Notes under the pieces: model-generated
Told to the model about the DNA's origin: nothing
The model's input: the letters and a program-made list of their open reading frames with translations, nothing else
Databases searched by the model: none
Assembly: GCF_018977255.1 (NCBI RefSeq)
Contig: NW_024704743.1
Coordinates: 49,106,001-49,170,000, forward strand
Direction: 5' to 3'
DNA: 64,000 nt
Origin: Callorhinchus milii
Taxonomy: Eukaryota
Part shown: positions 26,401 to 39,280 of the stretch, one piece after another
Position numbering within the stretch: the first letter of the stretch is position 1
How the letters are laid out: each line of letters starts with the position of its first letter
Position numbers and translations under genes: made by a program

Positions 26401-29400
26401 TGTCTGACACACATGGAATTCCATCATCATGCTTAACAGTATCCAGAGAGAACTATTAAGAGTTCCAAATAAGCAGGGTAATTTCCCTTCGGAATGGAGT
26501 GTGCACTCTCTTCCAGGAGGTACACACCCTGCTTTCACCTAATTGCAGAAAGTATTACATGTAAGTTGTCAAATACAAGGGCTTGGGGAGCCAGCATTTG
26601 ATGGGTTAACAACCTTGGGGCAGAAGCGTACACTATAATTTTACAGAGGTGGAGCAAAGGTCCAGAAAAAACTACATTTCTCTGCAAGGTCACACCAGCT
26701 TTCTCTATTTAAAAAAAAGCAATGGAAATTAAATGAATGCAACCTTCATTTCCTTTTAGTCACTATAAATTATGCGATTTGTTTTGGAAACCACTTTTTT
26801 AGCCATATGCAACAGCTTGCACAATCAGGCTTTTTTTTAAAAAAATCAAGTTTTCCCCACAATTCATCACAATGATAGAGGAGGCACTACACCAATAAGT
26901 GCTGGCAAAACATATTACCAGTCCGGGGGGAGCGGGGTGGAGAAGAAGGAGCAAGGCTTTGGGTAGGCAGGAGTCATGTTTCTTGGCTACAACTATGTTG
27001 GTTGCAGCCTCCTGCTGATAAAATTGCTCTGCGCTGTCAACAGCTGGATTTGCCAACAGGAGGCCCAAACCACGAACGCACAGAGCTGTATTTGATATGT
27101 GCTGATGAATGACCTTTTTTCTTTTGCAAGGGAAGGGCTTCCTTCACATCAACAGCCCTAAAACCACAGAACTTAATCCCAACACTGTGTCAGTGTGTGC
27201 CAGGTCCCTCAAGACCTGCACAGCACACATATCTAATAATCCCCCTCTCCCCACCCACACACACAACCCCCAGACCAAGAAATATGAACACATTCTTGCC
27301 ACTATGTATACAGTGGTCCTGTTATATCACACCCCAATTAAGCACAAGTTCAGTTAAAGGGTGAAACTTAGACACTCACTATACCAAAGCACAAAACACA
27401 TGGTGCTGTGTAACCAACTACCAATGCTAAAACATACCCAACTTCTGGCTCATCAAATTGCCATTGACATCACTTTAACACTATTACGTGGTCGCTGAAC
27501 CATTGGAACCAGGCAACTACATTACCACAGGGTTCTTGTATACAGATAATAGCTTTAGATATCCATCTCAGAATAACTGTTCTTTCAACCCCACCAGAAA
27601 TATGGATACATGTTCACTATTGTACAGAATCTAGACTTATCACTGGACAGCCAGGTAGTTAGAGAGAATACTCCCACCAAATGTAAAAATGATATATATT
27701 TCTACTAGTAAGGTTATCTGCTTTGGTGGTGTGCTCTGCTGTAATTGTATATCAGAAATGTCAGTGAAATTATCAGCCAGCAGCATTTCACACCAGTTCT
27801 GAATTTCACTTTACCCTGGGTAAAGGCCACAAGTTATTGTTGCATCCATTGATAGTTAGTTCTGACCCACTGACTCCTTATTTCTAGCAAACTATGGAAA
27901 AGGATTGTAATCCATATTTTTCTCTCTCTTTGAATGTGTTTTCGTTGAAAAGATGGGACGATCTGAACCCAAAGGGTCTAATTTGAACACAATTGACTTG
28001 AACGTATTCAATTCAGGCTATTTTGGGCTGGAGATTCAGGTGACCATTCATTCCTAGTGTATTTTTAAGTATTTCTTTCTCCTGAATGTCCCTATAGTAA
28101 GATTGAGTCAAATAGAAGCAAAGTCCATGATTATGTTACATTACTTTCCCACTGTTAACCTGTTAAGGGATCCAAAATGACTGAAGAGTTATAATGCTCC
28201 AAGAATCAGTGTACTCCTGCTGGTTAGAGTTAGATTAACTCACTGCACCTTCTCTTCCTTCACAGCAGCACATCCATCATCTACTCTGCTGGTGGTGCTG
28301 ACTGGGAGAGGGGGCACAGTTGCAGTCTCTTATTACTGTTGAACTCCAATAGATATGTTTTTTAAGTGAAATTATGCCTCTCTCGGGCCAGATGATTTTA
28401 CAAGAGTCGCATGTGTCGTGGCTTCACAGTTATTCAGCAGTCAGAGCAACACAGTTGGTGCTGAAGCTCTATATACCCTACTTCATGCAGTAGAGAGTCC
28501 ATAGAACCCTGTTTGTGCTCCTATCACTGGTAATGAATCAGCTGCCAGATTTCATTGTCTCCCCCTCCTCCCAACCTTATCAGGACTTTGAAAAGAGATG
28601 ATTAAAGACAAGAAGCATTCTACAATTCAGGAGCAAGAATCATGAGAACACCATTAGCAGTCCTAAGTTAAATGAGAAAAAATATCAGGGTAAAATTGGT
28701 GCGTCTGGTTTTATTTGAATAGGTTATGTTCACAGGTGGGATATGGGTATGGGTGAAGAGAACATAATTGTTCCGATAATGACATAATCACCCACTGAAC
28801 TTGAAGTATTTGAGTTTCTAACAGGGAAGTTCCTAAAGTATTTCTTTCTGAGAGGCACTTTGATAAATTCCCTCTGCTCACTCTTTCCTGTAGGCCATAA
28901 CCTACATTACCCTCAATAAGGGAAAAAACAGCATACGCAATAACAACTTGCATTTACTGTAATATAGTGCCCTTCACGTAGAATAATCTTTCGGACTGCT
29001 CCATAAGGGCGGGTTTGGACACTGAGAGAGGGGAAGGTGACTGTGGTCACAGATGTTGATTTTTTAGGTATGAGCAAAAACTCTAAAATCACCTCTACCG
29101 ATACCAAAGTAATGGATCCAATGAGGATGATGGTCTATATTGCTAAATCAGTTGAGTTTAGATCCCTAAACGTCATTCTCAGGCTGCACCTTGAATACAG
29201 CACATAGGATTTTCTGGGATTTGTTGGGCGCATCCTGGAGTGGGCATAATCAGCTCCTCGAATAACGTCTGTCAGTGCGACTGAGAAGCATCTGAGGAGA
29301 CACGCTCCTTCTGTACATTGTATACTTATAAAATATGAGGGCATTTACACAATACCTAAAATGATCTGGAATAATAAAAGCACTTCTCTGATGCCCTTTC

Positions 29401-30544
29401 CTCAAAAAGATGCTTACAAGTTTTGCACACAAAGATACATAATGTCTGCATAAAGATACATAATGTAAAGCCACCATTGTGTCAGGAAGACTGCAAAACC
29501 AAGTTTTCTTTTCAGATGCATAATTCAGGCTGATACAAATCTAGAATTTCAAAGTGTTCCTTTTGACAAAGTGGACAAGATCTGAGCTGCATGAACATTA
29601 CTAATTCAAGCATCAGCAACACGTTGCTTCAAAGCACAAATCCCATTGCGCATAGTTCGACTGAAGGAATGACAATTCCCTTCAGCTTCCAATGGTGGCG
29701 GTACTTGAAATCTAACCACTCCACATCTGTAGTAACTTTTTCTCAATGAAAAAGTATCTTCTGCCACCCTGTGGTAGTTTTTAGCAGTTACATTTTTAAA
29801 AATACTTTTTTAAATTGACACACTGATACGATACAACTTCAAATTTTGAGGGAAAATAAGAAATCAATCACTTGCAGCTGCAATACATGCTGCAAGATTT
29901 GACTAATCCCCTCTCTGAGTTGCTCTTCGAGTAACAACTCAAGAAATAGTCAACACTAGACAGTACCCTATACTATCTCTTAAGAAAGTATTGTTTGGGC
30001 CACAAAATACACAGTGATATAATGAGGAGTTTTTTATTGGGATGTGTTCTGTACTTAGGATCCTTTATAATAATAATCCTTGCATTTGATATAGCGCCTT
30101 ATCATATCGTTGAGACTTCTCAAAGTGCTTCACAGAATATAATGTAAAGTGAATCGACTGTATATTTTGTGGGTGAACCACGACAGCACATTTCTCCACC
30201 AAGGAGTGAGGCATTAAGAATGTGCATCATATGTGAGGCTATGGTACTTCATATAGAATGCTATGTACAGCACTGAGTACTGCAGCATTGAGTGGAGATT
30301 ATTAACACTTGGCTCCAAAGTGACATGTTTGGCAATGGAATGGCGGAAATGAGCCCACTGTGGCGATCTCAGTAGTTCCAGTTCCAGAGCCAGGTGGGTT
30401 CTCAGTATTCCAGGGCAAGCCAAAGCCCTAACGGGTAGCTGGACAAACAGCAGGAAAGCTTGTCAGACAATGCTTTCAATGGCAAACTATGCAGTTTCAG
30501 CTGAATACACTCCAGCAGTACCACAACGACACAACGCATCTAGC

Positions 30545-30775
30545 CAAGCCTTGGTTCTTGCCAACTTGCACCTAATAATATAACTTCTGGAATTAGGTAA
30601 GCAGGATGCGGCCTTCCAGGGAGAGAGTGCACATTCCATTACAATAAATACTTCGGCAATTTCCATCTGTAGGTGGGATGCATGGAGCTCATCCAGTTTT
30701 TCCTGGATACTCTTAAGCACGATAATAGGTTTCTTCATGTGTCGAAAGCCAGTTGACCAAAAAAACAACTGAACA
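30545..30775 (-). repeat. Unidentified old interspersed repeat (other copies at about 26395-26590 +, 57045-57200 -, 63820-63892 -)
   Basis: Shared core TCTGACACATG...ATCAT.GCTTAAGAGTATCCA. Two copies extend to ATGGARTGTGCACTCTCT...CCTGCTT..ACCTAATT.CAGAA. Confidence 0.75.
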
Positions 30776-32089
30776 AGTATATTGAGTTCTGTTGGAAACT
30801 GTAACACTGGAGTTTCTTTCATCCATATTTTAAAAAATAGATATTTATCTGAATTGAAATCCTCAATGGAACAAAAGACCAACCCAGCAAGATTTCAATA
30901 AAGTGTAAGCCATTGGTTGTAAATGTTTTTGGAATGTTATTGCTGGATTTAATAGACAGCTAACTGTACAACTGGTGACAAACACCCATTACAATCCACA
31001 CCTGTTCACCACAAAATCATATTCAGCTGACAGACAGCTGGTTTTGTTATTGGGACCATTTAAGTTTTCAGTAGTAATCAGTAACTATCTGGAGTATTCA
31101 TTTGTCGGCAAACAGTAAAATATTTGCAAAGTTTTTACTGTAGGAGAATTTTAATTGTACTAGTATGCTTTTCTGCATCTAAACTTCGGTATCACTGTTA
31201 TTTTTAGGAGCATAGCAAAACAGAAGCAGACATTGGCCATTCAGCCTGGTTCAGCAGTTTATTAGATTTTGGCAGCTCTTTAAATTCCAATGGCCTGCCC
31301 TTTGGCCAGACATCTTAGGAACACTAATCGGAATCTGCTAAGTTTCAGCAATTTAATATAATAAAAATAATTACATATTTTGAGCTATAAATCTAAAAAA
31401 AAACAAAATCCTCCTGGAAGGGGTAAAGCAGTATCTATTCTCAAAAATGCCCATGCTCTCAATGATATCCTACAGGCAGATGACCAGTGACATTTGATTA
31501 TTAATGGCACTCAAAAAGTGCTCCAGACTCCATCTCAGACTCGAGATCCAATCGAATTCAAAGTCTTGTAATTGTGTGATGAACAGCAAGCACTGAAAAG
31601 CTACAGCACTTTTTACTCACCACTGTGAGGATGGTGTAGAATAACTGAATATAAGGCCAGTATTACTTGAATTGAGGCATATGACTCCAACGTTGCTCTG
31701 CTGTACTATCACTCTGTGATTGAAAGCAGGCCGATTTTCCCCCCCTCAATTTAGTTAGGGCATGCAACCTCCTAGGGCTCTCTCCTCTACCAGATATTTC
31801 CTCATCATCTTCCACTATTGCTAATCCTTTGTCTTCAGTGCCTACCCTGTACTTCCTCAGTAATGTCTACATCTCCGACAGTGCATGAGTTTGTGCTGCT
31901 GCTTGCTTTAAGTAATGGCGGTGTTGGGATTGTGCTCTAGCTTAAGGTGCTTGTTTAATGCAGCAAACATTTCACTGTATTGTCCTCTATTCTGTGAAGA
32001 TCAAAGATGGCATATTAACAATAGAAATGTACACATCACTATCTGAGTGTTGCCCTTCACTGCCCTGACCCACCCCCCGAGTTGTCATT

Positions 32090-32422
32090 GTGGAGTCCTG
32101 TGGCTCAGTGGTTAGAGCACTCGCTTTGCAAGTGAGAGACCTGAGTTCATTTCCAGGCAGAGGGCGAAACCTTGGGCAAGTTTCCTTACTCCACACAGAG
32201 CCTAATAATAATCCCTCCAAAACCGAAAACAATAATAAATTGGTCATTTTCAATCCATATGACTGTTTGTGGGACACTGCTGTGCGCAATTGGCTGCTGC
32301 GTTCGCCCACAAATATACAGTCAATTCACTTTACAGTGTGTTCTGTGAAGCGCTTTGGGACGTCCTCCCGACGTGAAAAGCGCTATATCAAATGCAAGGA
32401 TTATTATTATTATTATTATTAT
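32090..32422 (+). mobile_element. Same SINE, full-length young copy
   Basis: Near-identical to the copies at 61816 and 39907. Confidence 0.94.
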
Positions 32423-33564
32423 ATGTACTATAATGCACAATCGGTATGTATAATATGAATATATTCATAAACGACGAAAAGTTAGGCAGTAAAGAGCGTA
32501 TTAAGACAGTAACACTTGATCAGACGTTAAGCAATAAAAAGAGCTGAGAGTCAAACAGAGTATCAAGATTGCCCCTTGGCACAGTGAGATGAAGAGAGCA
32601 ACTGAAAAGGCTGAGGTATCAGAGCCCAATTAAGGAAGTGTTGTGGGAACCAAAGAGAATAGCTTCCATCTTATCCATGTTAAGATGAGCTGCACAAAGT
32701 TGAGACTCATCTAGTCTGTGATGTCTGACACCCAGGTGGTCAGAACATCAATGGAGCCGACACAAGGGTGGAAGCAAAGAGATAGATTGGGGTATCACCA
32801 GCTTACATGTGGAAATTTGCACAATGTCTTCAGATGATGTCACCAAGAGAGTAGATGAGGAAAACGAGGGTACCTAGGGTAGAGCCCTGAGGTGAAAAGT
32901 GTTTTTGAAGCTTAATCATAACTTTGCAATAACATTTAAATATAGCATTAAGGTGCGGTGACTACTGTAACTCCGCTTACATGACCTTTCCTTGTTCAAT
33001 CAGCAGATTTTATTCTCCAGCCAATGTACAAACTTTGTGAAAATCAATTGTAGTGTAAAAGTGACAGAGGTTGCATTTCGCCTCTTTTGTTCCATATTTC
33101 CAGACTTCAGTTCAGCATTGTAAAAGTGATGATAATGATCACTGGCATTCTGCATGCCAGTTTCAATTGGGCTCTGGTCCTAACCATTTTAACTAGTCTG
33201 AGCCATGGGGGGAATATAGTATTTGTACGTGTGTGCGTGTGCATGTGTTGGGGCGGACGAGCTATGGCTTTATTATTGACTGGCCTTGTTGAACATATTT
33301 ACCAATAATTTGATAATTAAAATCAATGTTAATTAACACATCCCAATAGGTGAAATTATGAAAGCTACCTTATTTCCAGAAAGCAATTCCCAGAAAATCA
33401 AAACAAAGCTTTAATTCCATTACGAAATGGAGCTAACTTGACCTTACTTGATTAGAACATGAACATTTCACATTTCGTACATGAAATGAAAAGTAAATAG
33501 CACAACTTCTACTGAAAATTATTTCTGGCTGACGAATTCTAAAACTGTCAGGATAAGTCCTTAC

Positions 33565-33723
33565 TTTTTCATCATCATCGGTGAAAGGTGCACCCGCAGG
33601 GTTTTTGTTGATGGCTTGTGCCACCCCAATAATCTCGCCATCACTGTTCTGAATTGGCATGCAGAGGATGGACTTAGTCTTGTAGCCAGTCAGCTTGTCG
33701 ATTTCATCACTGAACCGGTGGTC
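33565..33723 (-). CDS. PDE11A: PDE11A coding exon 2 (GAF-A, NKFDE motif), 159 nt
   Basis: [53 protein letters not shown]. Polypyrimidine tract plus AAG|GAC acceptor; AAA|GTAAG donor; phase 0/0. Confidence 0.97.
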
Positions 33724-33895
33724 CTTTGCAAAAGAGAAAAAGAAAACATTTGTTTTGCAGACTGAAAGCAAACAAACACAATTTGCCAATTACAGAAATG
33801 ACAACCACCCATTTTATAGTAATAAATCATTAAAGGAAAGCAAATATCTTTTCTTTTATGTTCTTATGCCAAATCTCAAGCATAGAGTAGTAAAT

Positions 33896-34256
33896 GTGGA
33901 GTCCTGTAGCTCAGTGGTTAGAGCACTTGCTTCGCAAGCGAGAGACCTGGGTTCTATTTTCAGCAGGGCGAAATGTTGGGCAAGTTTCCTTACTCCACAC
34001 GCCTCTGTTTACCTAGCAGTAAGAAGGAACCCAGATGTTCGTCAACTGGTAAATCACTTTTCCAGGGATAATTCCTTCAAAGCAAAATGATAATAATAAA
34101 TTGGTCACTCAATCCATGATTGTTTGTGGGACACTGCTGTGAGCAATTGCCTGCTGCGTTTTGCCCACAAGATATACAGTATATTCTGTGAAGCGCTTAG
34201 AAACGTCTCGAAGACCTGATAAGACGCTATATCAAATGTAAGGTTTATTACTATTA
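33896..34256 (+). mobile_element. SINE, long form with an extra central segment of about 60 bp
   Basis: Same head and tail, plus CTGTTTACCTAGCAGTAAGAAGGAACCCAG...GGG between CACACGCCT and TAATTCC. TAAATG on both flanks. Confidence 0.88.
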
Positions 34257-35851
34257 TAAATGGGTTGAGGTCTGGTACATTCATGGCTCAGAGTAAACTA
34301 AGTACAAACGTGGCTAAGTGTTTGCATTGAAATCAAATTTGCAGTACTCTGCTTTTCTTCTAGTGGTTCCAGAGCTGTGGATGTTCAATCCATGCAACTC
34401 TCATTTTCTTCCAGGAATTTAAACAAGTGAATCAGATAAACCATTTTACCTACCTGATATTTAGGAGGTTATTTGTTAAATGCAGAATAATACCCCTGAA
34501 GTTTAGAATGTATTTCTCAGTCTTCAATAGTAATCAAGTAATATGTGGCTAGAGGCGCAATGATATTCTTCACTCATAATTGTCAATTTTTTTATGGTAT
34601 GTGCAGCTTAAAAATTAATTTGTGTCAGAATTATAGGTGAGCAAGAAATGTTCATTGCCTTCATTTCAAGAGAAGTCTGCTAAATCTCTTCGTGTTCAAT
34701 TTTAACGTTAAAAAAAGTACATTTCTCCTTAGTGATCCAGACCTTGGGAGGGCAAAAATTAGATGTTATTTCTATTGAGGGACATGTGCTGGAAAGAGTG
34801 TATTTATGCATGGATACGGGTGTTAGGACATTGGATGAAGACATGGTCAAGTTCAGTTAAGATTCTCTGCAGTTAAATAACCTCACTGTTAACTCATTGT
34901 TATAGCTCGCATATGACCTTTGGCTACTTGGGCCAGATTTCAAACGGATACCAGAGAAGCAGAATCAAAAAGCGTTACACAAATAATGAACCAGGCCAGA
35001 GGTATTAACAACATAGGAAAACATAACTGCAAGAAAAGAATCTATCGAGCATTCAGTCTATCGAGCCTGTTCCGCTAATACACCAACAATAGCAATTGCA
35101 TTTATACCTTCACATGCAATGAAGTCGAGGAGCACTGATAAATCCAGCAGTTAGATAGATGCAATTGATAGTACCCGCATCTCAGTGAGGTGGCAGAAAT
35201 GTCTTTTGAAAAATCTTTAGTTATATAACAAGGAAGATTCATTTGATTTTTTTTCCTTGTCAATTTCAAAATTCCTTCTCTTTGCAAGGTGAACATCATG
35301 ATATTAATCTGAATCTGGAATCCCAGAATAATTGTTCTTGAAAAGCAGTTGTTCTGCCACTTGGTGCCGCTGTAAATGTTACAATCCCTTGCAAATTAGG
35401 CAATACAAAGTCTATTGCACTTTGAATTATGTGGCAGCAATCCATGTGGATAATGATCATAACATTTTTATACAGAAGGAGGCCACTTGGTCCATCATAT
35501 CTGTGCCATGCAATTTGCCTCACTTCAGGACTGAGAGCCCCAATGAAACTCTGACTCAGCTTGACTCATTGAAAAAGTAACCTTTCAGTTAAGTTTATCA
35601 TATGTATTATTTATAGACCATATCAATCATTTAAGATTTTACTAGCTCTTCAGGACCATGACAGTATCTTTGAACAAAAATAAACCAAATTCAAGTTGCA
35701 GAATTTCAGCTCAGCACAAGAATCAAGTTCATCAGGAAAGGTGCTGGGTTTCCAGATACTTACTGTTCCTTAAGTTAAATAAAAAGGAATTTGTATCACC
35801 ACCTGGAAAATTGCATCACATTATGCTTCTTATGTTACTTTTACCTGAATC

Positions 35852-36021
35852 ATAAACAGAAGTTGCTGGGAACACTCAGCAGGTCAGGCAGTATCTATGG
35901 AGAAAGGAAAGTGAGTAAACGTTTCGGGTCCACGACCCTTCATCAGAACAGTTCTTTTAGTGTTCCCAGCGACTTTTGTTTTTGTTTCAGATTTCCAGCA
36001 TCTGCAGTATTTTGCGTTTTG
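35852..36021 (-). mobile_element. Internally deleted Penelope-type terminal-repeat/MITE-like relic with a hammerhead-ribozyme core
   Basis: Inverted arms AACAGAAGTTGCTGGGAACACT and AGTGTTCCCAGCGACTTTTGTT. The minus strand contains CTGATGA-A-GGGTC-GTG-GACCC-GAAAC-GTT. Confidence 0.65.
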
Positions 36022-37714
36022 TTAACCCTGAATCATACAAGTATGATGTGAAAAGATTTGGGAAAGATTCACTTTTGAAAGGAAAGTTATTGAAAGTTTT
36101 CATTCTGTACCCTCTTTGTTCCTTTGAATTACCTCATGCTTTACTATGTTCTTCCTGCTGGAAAGACAGGATGGCCTAGGCCATCCTAGATTTCTCTATA
36201 GCTGTCATCAGCATGAATAAGCTATTCCCACTTGCTAGGGAGTCCGTAATGACATGATAGAAGTATAATAATACTAATACCAATTGTTGCATTTGATATA
36301 GCGCCTTATGAAATTGTTGCGACGTCTCAAAGCGTTTCACAGTATCAAAGAGGAAGGTCTTCTGGCCGAGGGATTGAGGGAGAGTGTTCCAGAGTTTGGG
36401 ACGTAGAGGCTGAAAGTGCATCAAATTTCAGAACAGACACCAGAAAGCACTTCATTGTACAGAAGTTAATTCTGTAAGAGGTGGCCAGGGTGGGTGGTAG
36501 AAGCCAGGACACTGGACCCATTTAAGAGACAGAGTGATGCTGTAATGAAAGGACAGCACAGTGGGTATTTCAGGAAAATGAGATTAAATGGGTTAGGACC
36601 TTCTTCCTTTTTTGTGAATAGGCATTTCCTACATTCCATTATGTCATCAATCCGTAATGGGGGGGGAGGGGGGGAGATTGTGGGGGTTAAGTTTAGCATT
36701 ATTATGCTGAAAAAATGATTATCTCTCTCTCCTCTAATAAATCTCATGTCTCAAAGTTGCCTGACAAACATTGAATTCCTATCTCTGACCTACTTGACTT
36801 TTCTCTGAGTACCAGCACTGCTTCCTACTGCTGTTATGCTTACCATGAAAGTGATTTAGGGTTGCAGAGTCATCTCAGTGTTCATGCCTTGAAATCTATG
36901 TTATCATTATAATAATACAAACACAAACAGCCTTCTCTACCAATAGCATTATCATAATCTCTCTCCTCTTCTCACTCTGAGACTGAGACCTCGAGAACAT
37001 AGACTCGTAGAGGGGAATCACTTGATTTCCCACAGAAATTGGCGACTAGTCTGAAAATGACCTGCCGATACAGCAAATGCCTGCATCACTCCATGTGGTG
37101 CCATCTTGATGACAGAGAAGAAGCTAGTGCTACCTGTAATTGAGTGAAATTTAATATAAGTAAAAATATAGTAAAACTCTACCTTATTCCTCTCTCCCTA
37201 GTTCTTTTGGAGCCCTGCTTGCTATACAAACTCATTTAAAAAATAATTTGGTAATAAAAGAAAAGTCATGATCATTTTCCCAAATAACAATAAATCACAT
37301 GGAGATGCCTTCAGCCCAGGAAAGCTTGACTGATCGTTTGGCAGCAATATATTTTGACTAAGGTTCGTTAATCCTTTTTGTAACTGACTTAAGTAGCCGC
37401 AATGCATCACTATGTGTGATAAATATGAGCGGGGGACATCACCATTAAAATTTAGGTATGACGAGAGAGCAGAAGGGAAACGACGAAGGAGCAATGATGG
37501 GCAAACCCTTTAAAATCATTACATTTTTAATTTAAATGTTCACTTTTAATTTTAAGATTAAAATTACAGTAATAAAACTTTCTGTAATACTATACCAATG
37601 CTCATTATATACAACCCGGTCCCAAATCCTGGTCCCTTCTTGGATTTGGGACCTATTATTCAGCTACCTCTTTAAATTTATCTGATACTCTGCCTGTTTT
37701 GGATTCTCCTGCCA

Positions 37715-38050
37715 CAAGTGCCTGTGGTGTGCTGCATTGTCAAAGGTTCCATCCTTCTGGTTAGAGACATTAAACCAAGGTCGCATCTGCCTGTTCAGGT
37801 AGATGTTAATGATCACATGGCACTATGTGAAAAGAGAAGGGAGTTTCTCTCTGTATCCTGGCAAATAATCCTCCAGATAAAATTGGTCATTCACTTTATG
37901 GCTGTTTGTGGTATATTGCTGTGGGCAAATTGGCTGCTGTGTTTTCCTACAAATGCACAAGCAATACATTTCACAGCAAAATTCTATGAAATGCCTTGAG
38001 ACATCTCAACAACATGAAAAGGCACCGTATCAAATGTAAGGATTATTACT
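37715..38050 (+). mobile_element. Older DeuSINE-like element
   Basis: GAGACATTAAACCAAGGTC...CAGGTAGATGTTAATGATCACATGGCACTAT...GCAAATTGGCTGC, ending in the shared tail. Confidence 0.75.
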
Positions 38051-38159
38051 AAGTTGTGCCATTGGTGAATGTCAGGTCTTTCTAAACTTATAGCTCTGCC
38101 TTAATATTAATAATCCTTGCATTTGGTATACAGCCGTTCAATCAAGAGGCCATTCCAAC

Positions 38160-39280
38160 CCGCTTTATAGAATTTCCAAAAGCCACTCGATAAGGTGCTG
38201 CACGGAAGACTGATGAAGAAACTCAGAGCAGATGTAATAGGGGGAAATTGGATAGGAGAGTTGAAAGACAGAAAGCAGAGCTAAAAGGTTGTTTTTCCAG
38301 TTGGAGGAAGGATGCCACAGGGGACTGTGCTGGGAGCTTCTTTTTTCCATATATATCAATGACCTTGAGGGTATTAACGTTCGTGGTTGATCTAGGAAGT
38401 ATAATGAATAGCAATGAGGTTGACAAGAGACTGCAAGAGGATTTAAACAGATTAGCGCAATGATCTGATCAATTGCAAATGAAGTTTAATGAAGCAATAT
38501 GTGAGGTGATCCATTTTGGTTGAAAAAACAAGATGAGTATATATTGAATGGCAGTATCTTGCAAGGAGCTGAGAAGCAATGGGATTTAAAAGTTCAGGCA
38601 CATAAGTCATTGAAAGTGCATCACAAGTTGTAAAAGGTGTAAAGAAGGCTAATAACAGGCTGGGTTTTATACACAGGGGCATAGAGTACAAAAGTAAAGA
38701 AATAATGCTAAGTTTGTATAAATTGTTGGTTGGACCAAAACTGGAGTAATGCATCCAGTTCTGGGCACATCAACTTAGGGAACGATGTTAAGGCTTTAGA
38801 GTGGTGCAGAAGAGTTTTTTCGAGAATGATTTCAGGGATGAAGGGCTACAGTTATGAGGCGAGATTGGAGAGGATGGATCTGTTTTCCTTAGAACAGAAA
38901 AGGTTTAGGGGGCACCTGATAGAAGTGTACAAAATCATGAGGGGCTTTGATAGAGTAAATAGAGAGAAGTTATTTCCATTGATATTGGAGTCAGTGACTA
39001 GGGGACATAGTTATAAGATAGCCACAAGAACAGTGAAAGGAGAACTTAGGAGTAATTTTTGAGAGTTGTTGGGATATGAAATACCATATTGAGTAGGGTG
39101 GTGAAGGCAGAGTCTATTGTAGTTTTCAAGAGGGAAGTTGACAGGCATATAAAGAGAGGATCTTGAAAGGGTATGGGGATAAGGTGGGGCGGTGGGATTG
39201 AATTGAATTGATCGCCATTCTTTGTGGCACTAGTGGGAGCTGAATGACCTCCTTCTGCACTGTAGATTTTTATATTTCTA
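38160..39280 (+). mobile_element. CR1 ORF2 3' fragment, decayed
   Basis: RLQEDLNRLAQ, GIEYKSKE, YEARLERMDLFSLEQKRFRGHLIEVYKIMRGFD, followed by the 3' UTR. Confidence 0.88.

Noticed and set aside
32090..32458. Recurrent small ORFs ending KRFGTSSRREKRYIKCKDYYY
   Set aside because: Translations of SINE copies, not a gene family.
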